Shown: positions 36,696-45,788 of the stretch, in pieces
How positions within the stretch are numbered: position 1 is the stretch's first letter
Layout: each line of letters begins with the position of its first letter
From: an uncultured candidate division WWE3 bacterium
GTDB taxonomy: Bacteria > Patescibacteriota > WWE3 > UBA101185 > UBA10185
NCBI GenBank assembly: GCA_903879985.1
Contig: CAIRNR010000007.1
Span: 465,519 to 529,518 of the forward strand
Direction: 5' to 3'
Length of the DNA stretch: 64,000 nucleotides
Translations under genes and position numbers: made by a program
Notes under the pieces: generated by a model
What the model saw: the letters and a program-made list of their open reading frames with translations, nothing else
What the model was told of the DNA's origin: nothing
The model's database searches: none

Positions 36696-37562
36696 TTAAA
36701 TTCTACCAGAACTTCCAAAAAGTTTTATTTTGTATTCAACAACTTTTTGAACAGCCGCGATAGGTTTTTCCATAAATTTGTAAACGGCAATTTCGTTAGA
36801 AGAATTAATAACTTCTTGTAACGTCATTTTAAAAGCTATTCTCATTTCTGAGTTTACGTTTACCTTAATAATGCCCAGTTTTATAGCTTCCGTAACATCT
36901 TCATCAAAAATTCCCGAACCCCCGTGCAATGATAGGTATGTGTGTGGCAGTAATGATTTAATTTCGTGTAATCTTTCAAGATCTAAATGTTTTTGGTTAG
37001 CGTAAATGCCGTGAAGGTTTCCAATAAAGCTGGCGAATACATCAACGCCTGTAGCTTCAGCAAATTCTTTTGCTTTTTCAGGTTTAGTAAATAATTCGCT
37101 CTTTGCGTATTGAGAAGTATTTTCTGCAGTATGATCGGCTGAGCTTCCTTCGATATGATCCATTTCACCTTCGACCATTACGCCACGTTTGTGCGCGTAT
37201 TCAACAACTTCCCGTGCCAGCTTTACATTTTCATCAAATCCAAGTTTTCCGCCGTCAAAGTGAACATAGTCAAAGCCTTCGTCGATGCCTTTTTTTAACA
37301 CATCTACATCTGTGCCGTGATCTAAGTTTAATATTATAGGAATTTGAAGTTCTTCCTCGTAGGTTCTTACCAGTCGCACAAGTTGTTTTATACCAACGTA
37401 CTGTACTTCACCCGGGGAAGCTTCTATTAGTACTGGTGATGAAAGTTTTTTAGCCGCGTTTGTAATAGCTTTAATTGTTTCTAAAGACGCTGAGTTAAAT
37501 GCACCGATAGCGTATTTGCCCGCATTGGCTTTATCAAATAATAGTTGTGCTTTGTTGGTCAT
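36696..37562 (-). CDS. fba: Class II fructose-bisphosphate aldolase
   Basis: PVLIEASPGE, LNLDHGTD, LHGGSGI. Confidence 0.9.
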   Translation of the reverse strand: MTNKAQLLFDKANAGKYAIGAFNSASLETIKAITNAAKKLSSPVLIEASPGEVQYVGIKQLVRLVRTYEEELQIPIILNLDHGTDVDVLKKGIDEGFDYVHFDGGKLGFDENVKLAREVVEYAHKRGVMVEGEMDHIEGSSADHTAENTSQYAKSELFTKPEKAKEFAEATGVDVFASFIGNLHGIYANQKHLDLERLHEIKSLLPHTYLSLHGGSGIFDEDVTEAIKLGIIKVNVNSEMRIAFKMTLQEVINSSNEIAVYKFMEKPIAAVQKVVEYKIKLFGSSGRI

Positions 37563-37566
37563 ATAT

Positions 37567-38526
37567 TTATTTAAGAGTTTTCACAACTTCTTCTATTTGA
37601 GCTTTTGTGAGAACGCCTTTAGTTGCTCCTATAACTTTAACATTTGCTCCGGAATTTACAGTGCCCCAAAGTAGGGCTTCATGCATGTCTTTTCCGTATG
37701 TTATTGCTGCTAAAAATCCTGCAGCAAAGGAATCGCCAGCTCCTGTTTTATCCAGCACAGGTCGGGAGTCAGAATAAATTGGTACATTTAGGGTTTCGTT
37801 TCCGTCACTGGCGCTTGCTCCGTTAGCTGCTTCGGTAATTACGCTCATTTTTACGCCTAACTTGTGAAGGCCTTCATGTAATTTTGGTATTTCGTAGTCT
37901 CCAACTATCTGTTTTGCTTCTTCAACGTTTAAAAATAGAATATCTGTGTATTTTAGAAACTCTTTAAAAGACTCTAGGCCAGTCTTAAGTTGATATGTTC
38001 CTGGATTGAACGCCACGCCTATGTTTTTCCCGGCGGGAGACGCGAGATATTGTATAAATTGTTTTTGAAATTCCTCGAACCCATAGCCCATGGATGAGTA
38101 ATAAATCCATTTTGGCTTTTCCCAATCTAAAACTCGGTAGTTTCTCTTTTCATGGTAGGAAAAAATCGTTCTTTCGCCGCCGTATACGATTACGGTGTGC
38201 ACATTGGTAGGAGATCCGGGATTTTTAAGGCAGTACTTAGTGTCCACGCCTAAGGTTTTGAGTTCGGACACTATTCTTTCCCCGTTGCTATCATCTCCAA
38301 GCTCGGTGTATATGGAAGTTTGCAAACCTAAAAGCTGACAGGAGACCCCAACATTTAGCGAATTTCCAGCAATCGACGTCTCAAAGTGCTCGACGGGTAT
38401 TTTAGACCCGTGGTAAAAGCATATTCGTGGGTTTCCTGCTTTATCGGAGGCCGCAAGTTCATTGTTGTCAGCGATTTTCATATATAAGTCGATGTCAACA
38501 TCGCCTATAGTTAATAGGTCTATCAT
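37567..38526 (-). CDS. PfkB-family sugar/sugar-phosphate kinase
   Basis: A GG N-terminal motif and DKTGAGDSFAAGFL (the PfkB signature 2). Confidence 0.8.
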   Translation of the reverse strand: MIDLLTIGDVDIDLYMKIADNNELAASDKAGNPRICFYHGSKIPVEHFETSIAGNSLNVGVSCQLLGLQTSIYTELGDDSNGERIVSELKTLGVDTKYCLKNPGSPTNVHTVIVYGGERTIFSYHEKRNYRVLDWEKPKWIYYSSMGYGFEEFQKQFIQYLASPAGKNIGVAFNPGTYQLKTGLESFKEFLKYTDILFLNVEEAKQIVGDYEIPKLHEGLHKLGVKMSVITEAANGASASDGNETLNVPIYSDSRPVLDKTGAGDSFAAGFLAAITYGKDMHEALLWGTVNSGANVKVIGATKGVLTKAQIEEVVKTLK

Positions 38527-39515
38527 TTACTATTTACCTTTTCTAAAAATTTTAACGTTTCTATCACAATATGCTGCGAACTCAGCCCATATTTATCTTT
38601 TAATTCCTGATAACTACCGGATTCCCCAAAAGTGTCTTGAACGGCCATGATTTTTTGAGGAGTAGGAAGATTTTCGGCTAATATTTCGGCCACAGCGCTT
38701 CCAAAACCTCCATATTTCTGATGTTCCTCGATGGTTATTATTTTTCCGGTCTTTTTTACAGAGTTTATTAAAGTTTCTTCGTCCATAGGTTTTATTGTTG
38801 GAAATGCCAGAACTTCAACTTCAATATGGTGCTTAGCTTTCAGCTCTTTTGCCGCCTGTAAGGCTTCATAAACGATTGGTCCTGTCGCGGCTAGTGTTAG
38901 AGCCTCGCCTTCAACTAACACTTGAGCTTTTCCTATTTCAAAAGGCGTATCTGCTGACGTAATTATTGGCGTTTCTTCTTTGGATACACGGATATACACA
39001 GGTCCTACGTGTTTTATTGCCATTTCCACGGCCTTTTGTGTTTGCCAATAATCAATAGGGTTAAGCACAGTCATATTTGGAAGCACACGTACAAGGGCAA
39101 TGTCCTCAAGAGATAACGCAGCGCCTCCGTCTGGCCCGTTAGATAAACCTGAATGTGATCCGATAAGTTTTACGTTAGCGTTTGAAAAGCATACTGAAAG
39201 CCTTAGTTGTGCCCAATTTTGTGAAGGTTGGAAGTTAGCATGTGTACAGCTAAATGGGATTTTTCCGGACAAGGCTAGTCCTGTGGCAATACCTGCCATG
39301 TTTTGTTCTGCAATTCCAACTTCAATAAAACGCTCGGGATAGGCTTTTGCAAATTTGTCTAATTTAAGTGACTCTGTTAAATCGCAGGTTAATGCAATAA
39401 TGCGTGGGTCTTTACCAAATTCCACCAAAGCATCCCCAAAGCCTTGTCTTGTGGATTTTAACTCCACATCCTTTAAAAATATCTCTTCGTTTAAATGCAG
39501 CTTCGGGTTTAACAT
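38523..39515 (-). CDS. Transketolase, C-terminal (pyrimidine-binding + C-domain) subunit
   Basis: FIEVGIAEQNMAGIATGLA, plus transketolase Pyr and C domains. Confidence 0.85.
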   Translation of the reverse strand: MLNPKLHLNEEIFLKDVELKSTRQGFGDALVEFGKDPRIIALTCDLTESLKLDKFAKAYPERFIEVGIAEQNMAGIATGLALSGKIPFSCTHANFQPSQNWAQLRLSVCFSNANVKLIGSHSGLSNGPDGGAALSLEDIALVRVLPNMTVLNPIDYWQTQKAVEMAIKHVGPVYIRVSKEETPIITSADTPFEIGKAQVLVEGEALTLAATGPIVYEALQAAKELKAKHHIEVEVLAFPTIKPMDEETLINSVKKTGKIITIEEHQKYGGFGSAVAEILAENLPTPQKIMAVQDTFGESGSYQELKDKYGLSSQHIVIETLKFLEKVNSK

Positions 39516-39543
39516 TGGGCAGTTAGTTTTTAATCCTTACAAT

Positions 39544-40128
39544 TTACTTAGTAGGTTGTGGTTGCGTGCTATCTGATGATTGATTACTGTTATCACTGCT
39601 ACAGTCCGCAACTTTCTTTACACGATCAAAGTTAATCTCGTAGTCTGTTTTGGATATTGCAACTGCGTCGGCTGTAATATTTGATTCTTTATCAACTTTA
39701 CAGTTAGCCCCTGCTTCTGTTTCTTCAATTGAGATAGACAGTGTTTTGTTTGCCTTGTCTTCGTATATTTTTTTGATCTGGATTTTGTGTCCACTTTCGG
39801 TTTGTGTGTCGCTTGATACAGCTAGAATGTATTCTTTATTAAAATCTACAGGACTTCTTACTGTGGTCATGCCTGTTGGGTCAATAGAGTTCAAAAACGT
39901 TGCAAGTTCTGCCTGGCTTTTTACAACCAGTCTTTGTTTTTGCATAACTTTATCCGTAACAATAGCTGTTGGAAAACCATCTAATCTTCTAATTTGTGGT
40001 CCTTTGTTAAATTGAGGAAGTTTAATTTCGCCTTGTAATAAAAAGTAACCGGCCCCAAGTATTAGACCAATAATTATTACTAATGGTATCAAACTCATTC
40101 TTAAAGTTGCTCTTTGATTATTAGTCAT
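39544..40128 (-). CDS. Membrane-anchored hypothetical protein inserted between the two transketolase halves
   Basis: 194 aa with an N-terminal TM and an extracytoplasmic domain carrying two Cys. Confidence 0.5.
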   Translation of the reverse strand: MTNNQRATLRMSLIPLVIIIGLILGAGYFLLQGEIKLPQFNKGPQIRRLDGFPTAIVTDKVMQKQRLVVKSQAELATFLNSIDPTGMTTVRSPVDFNKEYILAVSSDTQTESGHKIQIKKIYEDKANKTLSISIEETEAGANCKVDKESNITADAVAISKTDYEINFDRVKKVADCSSDNSNQSSDSTQPQPTK

Positions 40129-41011
40129 ATTCTGATTTTATTTTACCTTGTAAAGATCTAAGGCTTTTAATTGCCTTAAGGGCTTGATCTTTATTTGGAG
40201 GCTTACCATGCCATTCAAATTTATACTCCATAAAGTCTACACCCTTACCTGGTATAGTATGTGCGATTATTGCGGTAGGACGTTGCGCCACCGATTTAGC
40301 CATTCTACATGAATTTATAATTTCTTCAAAGTTATGGCCATCTATCTCTACAACGAACCAATTGAAACTTTCAAGTTTATTTCTAAGATTTTCTAGGGGC
40401 ATTACATCTTCGGTTTGGCCATCAATCTGAATATTGTTTCGATCGATTATCCACGTTAGGTTATCCAGCTTTTTATTTGGAGCAAACATAGCGCCTTCCC
40501 ATATTTGACCTTCTTCAAGTTCGCCGTCACCGGTCATGACATAAACTCTGTTGCTTTGTTTATTTATTTTTGCTGCTAACGCCATACCTAACGCTTGTGA
40601 AAATCCTTGACCTAAAGAACCGCTTGAATTTTCTATTCCAGGCAGCTCGTTATATTTTGGATGTCCTTGTAACGGGGAGTTAATTTTTCGTAGTTTCCAC
40701 AAAAGAGATTTATCAAAATAACCTCGTTCCGCTAATGTTGCGTAAAGTATCGGACAAATGTGTCCGTTTGATAAAACAAAAATGTCGCGGGTTGGGTCTG
40801 TTGGGTTTTTTGGATCGATATTTAAAATATGAAAGTATAGTGCTGTGAATATATCAGCTGTTCCAAGTGAACCGGCTGTATGCCCTGATTTAGCCTCAAG
40901 TAACATCTTTATTACAGTTTCTCGTAAAGTTTCAGCTGTCTTTTCAAGCGCTTCTAGATTTATATTGTTGGGCATTACACAAAGTATATTTTTTTTAGAC
41001 AAAATTTTCAA
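40121..41011 (-). CDS. Transketolase, N-terminal (TPP-binding) subunit
   Basis: GHTAGSLGTADI, SNGHICPILY, GDGELEEG. Confidence 0.85.
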   Translation of the reverse strand: MKILSKKNILCVMPNNINLEALEKTAETLRETVIKMLLEAKSGHTAGSLGTADIFTALYFHILNIDPKNPTDPTRDIFVLSNGHICPILYATLAERGYFDKSLLWKLRKINSPLQGHPKYNELPGIENSSGSLGQGFSQALGMALAAKINKQSNRVYVMTGDGELEEGQIWEGAMFAPNKKLDNLTWIIDRNNIQIDGQTEDVMPLENLRNKLESFNWFVVEIDGHNFEEIINSCRMAKSVAQRPTAIIAHTIPGKGVDFMEYKFEWHGKPPNKDQALKAIKSLRSLQGKIKSEYD

Positions 41012-41341
41012 GGCGGTTGACAGTAAATGCGAATTAAGATATAAGTTAAAGGCTTCTGAATTGGGTTGGTCGTTTTGTGTTTCGCACTAGGTTGAGTAAA
41101 TTTCCTCTAACCTGAAATACATACTACCTTCTCAGCGTCTCGGCATCCGGCTCTAGCCTCTTTCGTTTGGTTGAAGCCACCTCCCTCCTTTCACGGCGGG
41201 CAAGTTGTTCAAGATTTTTTTGACGGCTTGCTCGCTACTTTTTTGCACTTTTCCTGGGTTTGACATAACCTATAATAATGTGTTATAAAAGTGGGCATAA
41301 GTCAACGATATCAACAGTGCGCTTGAGGAAGGAGGAAAATA

Positions 41342-41515
41342 ATGCACATCGAATTCTGCTTTTTTGTTGAACGGCCGAGCTTTTGGGATGATATTTGCAA
41401 CATAATTGCACTCCCACATCGCTTTTCAAAAGGAGCAGTTTGCGGAGTTACAATGGGAAAAAAGCTTGTCACAAACAATGTCCCAAAGTTTCGTCCGCGT
41501 TTGAATATTAAGTAG
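41342..41515 (+). CDS. Putative 57-aa ORF with strong SD in a 600-bp intergenic region
   Basis: gaAGGAGGaaaataATG, a possible upstream TTGACA-N18-TATAAA promoter, and the terminator downstream. Confidence 0.25.
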   Translation: MHIEFCFFVERPSFWDDICNIIALPHRFSKGAVCGVTMGKKLVTNNVPKFRPRLNIK

Positions 41516-41559
41516 TTCCTTATTGATTTCGCTAAGCATAAGGCACTGGAACTGGTAAC

Positions 41560-41601
41560 GGTCGCAACTGAATAAACTTCTTTTGCGACCGTATTTTTTT
41601 T
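41560..41601 (+). terminator. Intrinsic terminator (plus strand)
   Basis: ggtcgcaa...ttgcgacc stem followed by gtattttttttg. Confidence 0.55.
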
Positions 41602-41614
41602 GCTTGGAAAATAT

Positions 41615-42856
41615 TTAACTCAGACTTTTTATAATATCTAAAACTTCTTGTGGTGTAGTACAGACTTTTAAAATATCGCGTTCGCCGGCTGGAATTAACA
41701 TCGTTTCTTCAATAGTATCCAACAGTTTATTCCAAAAGGCACCGTACAATACTATTGTTTTACTGTTAGGCTCATGAATCCATGATGACACCCATGTCAT
41801 ACCAAATTCACTTAACGTACCAATGCTTCCCTTAAAAACAATATGAACGTCTGCATTTTGTAGCATAACTTTTGTTCTGTCAAAATAATCGAGTGTAAGT
41901 ATTTCCTCATCAAAATCATTTCCTTTACCAACACCCTCGTAATGTCTTTTTGGTTTGTTTGGATGATAGGTTATTGCTAATGCTCTTTTACCGGCAGCAT
42001 GTGCACCTTTTGTAGCTGCTTCCATAACGCCTGGGCCGCCTCCATTAACTACTTCGTAATTGTTTGCGGCTAAGACTTTTGCAACTTCAAAAGCATCTTT
42101 ATATGGTTGATCAGTACTTTGCCATGAAGCTCCTCCCAAAAAAGCAATTTTCTTAGCAAGTATTGGTTTAACATCGTATAAAGAACTTATTTGGTTTGCG
42201 TCAGTTGTTTTAGTCATATTTGTAAATTCCAAATACTTTTGTCTTGGGTTTGTATCTCTAACTATAGCAGAACCAATTACGGCACTGTCAATTCCTGTTT
42301 GCAACAATTGTTTAATATTTTGTTCCTTAATTCCGCCATCAACCTGTACCGGCATTTCGGGATACTTTTTTTTAAACTGTGTGATTTTTGTTAATACTTC
42401 AGGCAAAAATGGATGACCTTGTCCGCCCGGCTTCACACTTAAAAACTGAACGTAATCGGCCGCATCCATAACTTTATCCAGTGCTTCCAAAGGTGTTTCA
42501 GGATTTATAGCTACACCTGCAACATATTTAAGTTCGTGTGCGCGTGATAAAAATTCTTTAATATCATTATTTTCAATATGTGCGCAAATTTTAATAACAT
42601 TTGGTATTGCTTGTTTCAGGTAATCCATTGGATTTTCAACCATCAAATCGACTTCAAAAAATTGCTCAGAAAACATGGAAATCTTTTCTATTTCTAAAAA
42701 GGTTTTACCCTCAACAAACTGTCCATCAACAATATCAATTTGAACGAGTGGCGCGTCTCCGGCAAGTAGACTTAGTTTTCTTTCCACTTCGGCAATATCG
42801 GGCTCAAGTATGGTTGGGATTATTTTAGGAAAGAAGTTTTGGGCAGTTTTATTCAT
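41615..42856 (-). CDS. Fusion: ribulose-phosphate 3-epimerase (N) plus LOG/TIGR00730-family Rossmann domain (C)
   Basis: N-terminal half: IDIVDGQFVEG, VDLMVENP, LSVKPGGQGHPF, VQVDGGI (Rpe). C-terminal half: NGGGPGVMEAATKGA and FKGSIGTLSEF (LOG family). Confidence 0.75.
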   Translation of the reverse strand: MNKTAQNFFPKIIPTILEPDIAEVERKLSLLAGDAPLVQIDIVDGQFVEGKTFLEIEKISMFSEQFFEVDLMVENPMDYLKQAIPNVIKICAHIENNDIKEFLSRAHELKYVAGVAINPETPLEALDKVMDAADYVQFLSVKPGGQGHPFLPEVLTKITQFKKKYPEMPVQVDGGIKEQNIKQLLQTGIDSAVIGSAIVRDTNPRQKYLEFTNMTKTTDANQISSLYDVKPILAKKIAFLGGASWQSTDQPYKDAFEVAKVLAANNYEVVNGGGPGVMEAATKGAHAAGKRALAITYHPNKPKRHYEGVGKGNDFDEEILTLDYFDRTKVMLQNADVHIVFKGSIGTLSEFGMTWVSSWIHEPNSKTIVLYGAFWNKLLDTIEETMLIPAGERDILKVCTTPQEVLDIIKSLS

Positions 42857-42864
42857 TTTTGTTT

Positions 42865-43305
42865 TTATTCCAAATAGCTGGAAATTTCGGCTAGCCTTCT
42901 TAGATGGCGTTCACTACAACTGAATGGCGTTTGCAACCAAGCTTCAACAGTTTCACAGGCGTTTTGATCAGAAATATAATCGGATGGAAGTGCCAATACA
43001 TTCGCGTCGTCGTCGGCTCTTGAAGATATAGCGTGTTGTGGGTTCCAAGAAAGGGCCGCGCGTATGTTTTTATATTTATTAGCAAACATACTTACGCCCA
43101 CACCATTTCGGCAAATTAAAATACCTTTTGATTCAGGATCGTCTTTCATTTTTTCGGCAAGATTTGCAACATACTCCGGGTAATCGTCACCTTTTTCAAG
43201 ATCGAAAGGTCCTAAGTCTTCTACGTCGTACCCTTTATTTGTTACAAATTGGATAATTTTATTTTTTAGTTCGAAACCACCATGATCCGATGAAATATAT
43301 AGCAT
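42865..43305 (-). CDS. rpiB: Ribose-5-phosphate isomerase B
   Basis: ISSDHGGFELK and CRNGVGVSMFANK (RpiB/LacAB fold). Confidence 0.85.
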   Translation of the reverse strand: MLYISSDHGGFELKNKIIQFVTNKGYDVEDLGPFDLEKGDDYPEYVANLAEKMKDDPESKGILICRNGVGVSMFANKYKNIRAALSWNPQHAISSRADDDANVLALPSDYISDQNACETVEAWLQTPFSCSERHLRRLAEISSYLE

Positions 43306-43966
43306 ATATAAAAACCAGTATAGAGATTGTTTGTGCGATGTTCAAGCCAAAAACTGTCCACGGGTTTATGCGCAAGAATTCCAGAGAAAACCTTATTAAT
43401 GAATATCCTGCTAAGTATGCAGCAAAAAAGATTCCGGGTTTAACTTTGCCTGAGTATTTTTTATAACAACAATATAGCGTTGTGAATAAACAAAGGTTAA
43501 GGATAGCTTCGTAAGCAAATAATGGGTGGTGATATTGTGCGGTTTTGTTTATGTAAATTCCCCAAGGTAATGTGGTGGCCTTGCCGTAAAGTTCTTGATT
43601 GAAAAAGTTTCCAAAACGACCGACTGATTGTGCTAGTGGAAAAACTACGGCTGCCACGTCAAACCATTTTAGGACTGATTTTTTATGAAGCTTTAAGTAA
43701 ATAATGGCAGTTATAAATCCTCCGGCAATTGCTCCCCAAATACCAAGTCCGCCGTTTCTTAAGTCTAAAATTAAGATTGGATTTTTAGAATATAACCAAA
43801 AGTAATCTATAACGTGATATAACCTTGCACCTACAAGTCCGCCAATAATTCCCCAAAATGAGAGTTCCCATAATGTATCTTTTTCTTGCTTTTCCACCAA
43901 TGACTCAGCAATTAAGAGAGCACAAAAAATTCCTAATGATATTAGAATTCCGTAAATTGAAAACAC
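43259..43966 (-). CDS. lgt: Prolipoprotein diacylglyceryl transferase
   Basis: GRFGNFFNQELYG and LPWG motifs, with multiple TM helices. Confidence 0.85.
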   Translation of the reverse strand: MFSIYGILISLGIFCALLIAESLVEKQEKDTLWELSFWGIIGGLVGARLYHVIDYFWLYSKNPILILDLRNGGLGIWGAIAGGFITAIIYLKLHKKSVLKWFDVAAVVFPLAQSVGRFGNFFNQELYGKATTLPWGIYINKTAQYHHPLFAYEAILNLCLFTTLYCCYKKYSGKVKPGIFFAAYLAGYSLIRFSLEFLRINPWTVFGLNIAQTISILVFIYAIYFIGSWWFRTKK

Positions 43967-44515
43967 TTAAAAAATAGTTAGGCAAAATATTAGAACTGCA
44001 ATTAAAACAAAAGTATAGGCAATAACACCGTTTTTGTCCGGTTTAGATTTGAGTGCCCAAAACCATTCGTTACCCGAACCACTTTGAAAATACGTTTCTA
44101 ACATTAAATAAATAGAGCTTGCATATACCGAAAATGCCATTGCTTTAATAAAATAGGCTGTAGTAGCGTATGAAATATAAATGACTATGCCAACAAGAAT
44201 TAACTGAAAGAGTGCGCTATTTAAAGCTTTGTCTTTTAATTCGTTTTTGTGATATTGGATAAATTTAAAAGTTCCAAAAATGTCTTTGTGTTTGATATAA
44301 GCTTTCAGGTTTACTGAAAATTCAGCTTCAGGTTCAAAAAAATATGCATGGATAAAATATTCTAAATCTAATAGGAAAGTTCCAAGCAATGCCCCAAGTG
44401 CCATAGTTGCCATTTCAACGGGACCGCGCGCAACTTTTAAGGCTATTACTATAATGGCTACGACGATTGAAATGAGAATTTGTGTTTTATACGATGAGGC
44501 AACTTTGTTATCCAT
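43967..44515 (-). CDS. Polytopic membrane protein, hypothetical
   Basis: 182 aa with 4-5 TM helices. Confidence 0.45.
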   Translation of the reverse strand: MDNKVASSYKTQILISIVVAIIVIALKVARGPVEMATMALGALLGTFLLDLEYFIHAYFFEPEAEFSVNLKAYIKHKDIFGTFKFIQYHKNELKDKALNSALFQLILVGIVIYISYATTAYFIKAMAFSVYASSIYLMLETYFQSGSGNEWFWALKSKPDKNGVIAYTFVLIAVLIFCLTIF

Positions 44516-44529
44516 TGGTTATATGATAT

Positions 44530-44853
44530 TTACTTTTGAGGTAAATGTAAATCAGGGGTTTCAACTTTCTCCTTTGCTTCCTTTTCTTTTTGTTTTGCTT
44601 CTTTTTTTAATTCGCCCAACTTCCACATAAATAGTCGGCCACGCGTCACGGCATGTTCAGATGCTTTTATATAATCACGTGCGCGTTCCAATAAAACTCG
44701 GTCAGTTGATTTTGCTAGTTTTATATATAAAGAACGATGTGGCACGTCTCCGAGTTCATCGGCTAACAAATTGCCGTATGCTTGAAATTCGTAACTGTTA
44801 CGGCGATCACCTTTAAGACTTTTCTTTTTAATAATATCTTTTATATCTTGCAC
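44530..44853 (-). CDS. Hypothetical protein with a Lys/Glu-rich C-terminal tail
   Basis: 107 aa; I recognise no family. Confidence 0.4.
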   Translation of the reverse strand: MQDIKDIIKKKSLKGDRRNSYEFQAYGNLLADELGDVPHRSLYIKLAKSTDRVLLERARDYIKASEHAVTRGRLFMWKLGELKKEAKQKEKEAKEKVETPDLHLPQK

Positions 44854-44904
44854 TGTTTGGATTCTATCAGCTTTGTATTTGGGTAGCTATGGGTGAGCAA
44901 CTAT

Positions 44905-44950
44905 TTGTAATGGAAAAAAAGAAGCGCCTGTTAGTTTTTTTAACAGACGC
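44905..44950 (-). terminator. Intrinsic terminator for the upstream minus-strand membrane-protein genes
   Basis: gcgtctgtta...taacaggcgc stem followed by ttcttttttt on the minus strand. Confidence 0.5.
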
Positions 44951-44973
44951 TTTGGTGTTTGCTTTTTTTGCGA

Positions 44974-45333
44974 TTAATTTAAAGTAAACAATTTCACCAG
45001 GAAAATGGTGCAGGTAAAAAATTCTACGACTATTACGGCGCTAAGGGCTTTTCTATTAATTTTATTAGCCATCAGCATATTTATTGCAATGCGGTCGCCT
45101 ACAAATATTCCACCAACTATTACCCAGGTGAGTATTTCATTCATGTGAAGTAAGCTTCCCGTGTATAGAATAAGTACCATGTGAATTACGCATAAAATCG
45201 CTCCCAACACCTCACGTACTATTTTCAAGGTTACGCTTGGTTTAAAGGTATATGCGTAAGTGAAGCCTAATATGCTAAGGAAAATCCCTAGTAACCACAT
45301 GCCTCCTACTACATTAAACGTCTGAACGCTCAT
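44974..45333 (-). CDS. Small membrane protein
   Basis: 119 aa with 3 TM helices. Confidence 0.4.
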   Translation of the reverse strand: MSVQTFNVVGGMWLLGIFLSILGFTYAYTFKPSVTLKIVREVLGAILCVIHMVLILYTGSLLHMNEILTWVIVGGIFVGDRIAINMLMANKINRKALSAVIVVEFFTCTIFLVKLFTLN

Positions 45334-45346
45334 TTTTTTGCTCCTT

Positions 45347-45700
45347 TTATAAGCTTAAGATTATGCCGTAAGCACCAAATATAGCTGCTAGGGCAGTTAG
45401 CAGGATTATGCCGATGTAAGCAAATATTTTTCTCTTACTGTAAACGTAGGCAAATTTGCTGGCGCCAATGATTAAAGTAGTCAGCATAAGGATATCTTTT
45501 GTGATTCCGTCGATTAAAAAAGCTGTGCATGTAGTATTGACTATCGCCAACGTGCACAGTAGCACCAAACCAGCGGAACACATTTTTAGTAATTTCGCCA
45601 AAAACGTTTTATTATCCAATAAATAGGCCATGCCCCACATTCCCAGAGAGAATACCAACGTCCAGAACATACATATTGTAATTATCAATAACTTATCCAT
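45347..45700 (-). CDS. Small membrane protein
   Basis: 117 aa with 3-4 TM helices. Confidence 0.4.
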   Translation of the reverse strand: MDKLLIITICMFWTLVFSLGMWGMAYLLDNKTFLAKLLKMCSAGLVLLCTLAIVNTTCTAFLIDGITKDILMLTTLIIGASKFAYVYSKRKIFAYIGIILLTALAAIFGAYGIILSL

Positions 45701-45788
45701 CTCCGCTCCTTTTTCTGTAATTGCCGAGATTATACCCCATAGCAGTATAAAGGGTCAAATAACGCTGTAACTGTGCTTTTTATTGGAT

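Noticed and set aside
41100-41215. TPP riboswitch upstream of transketolase
   Set aside because: CTGAGA is present on the minus strand, but the pyrimidine-sensing helix and the conserved ACCUGAUCUGGAUAAUGCCAGCG segment are absent.
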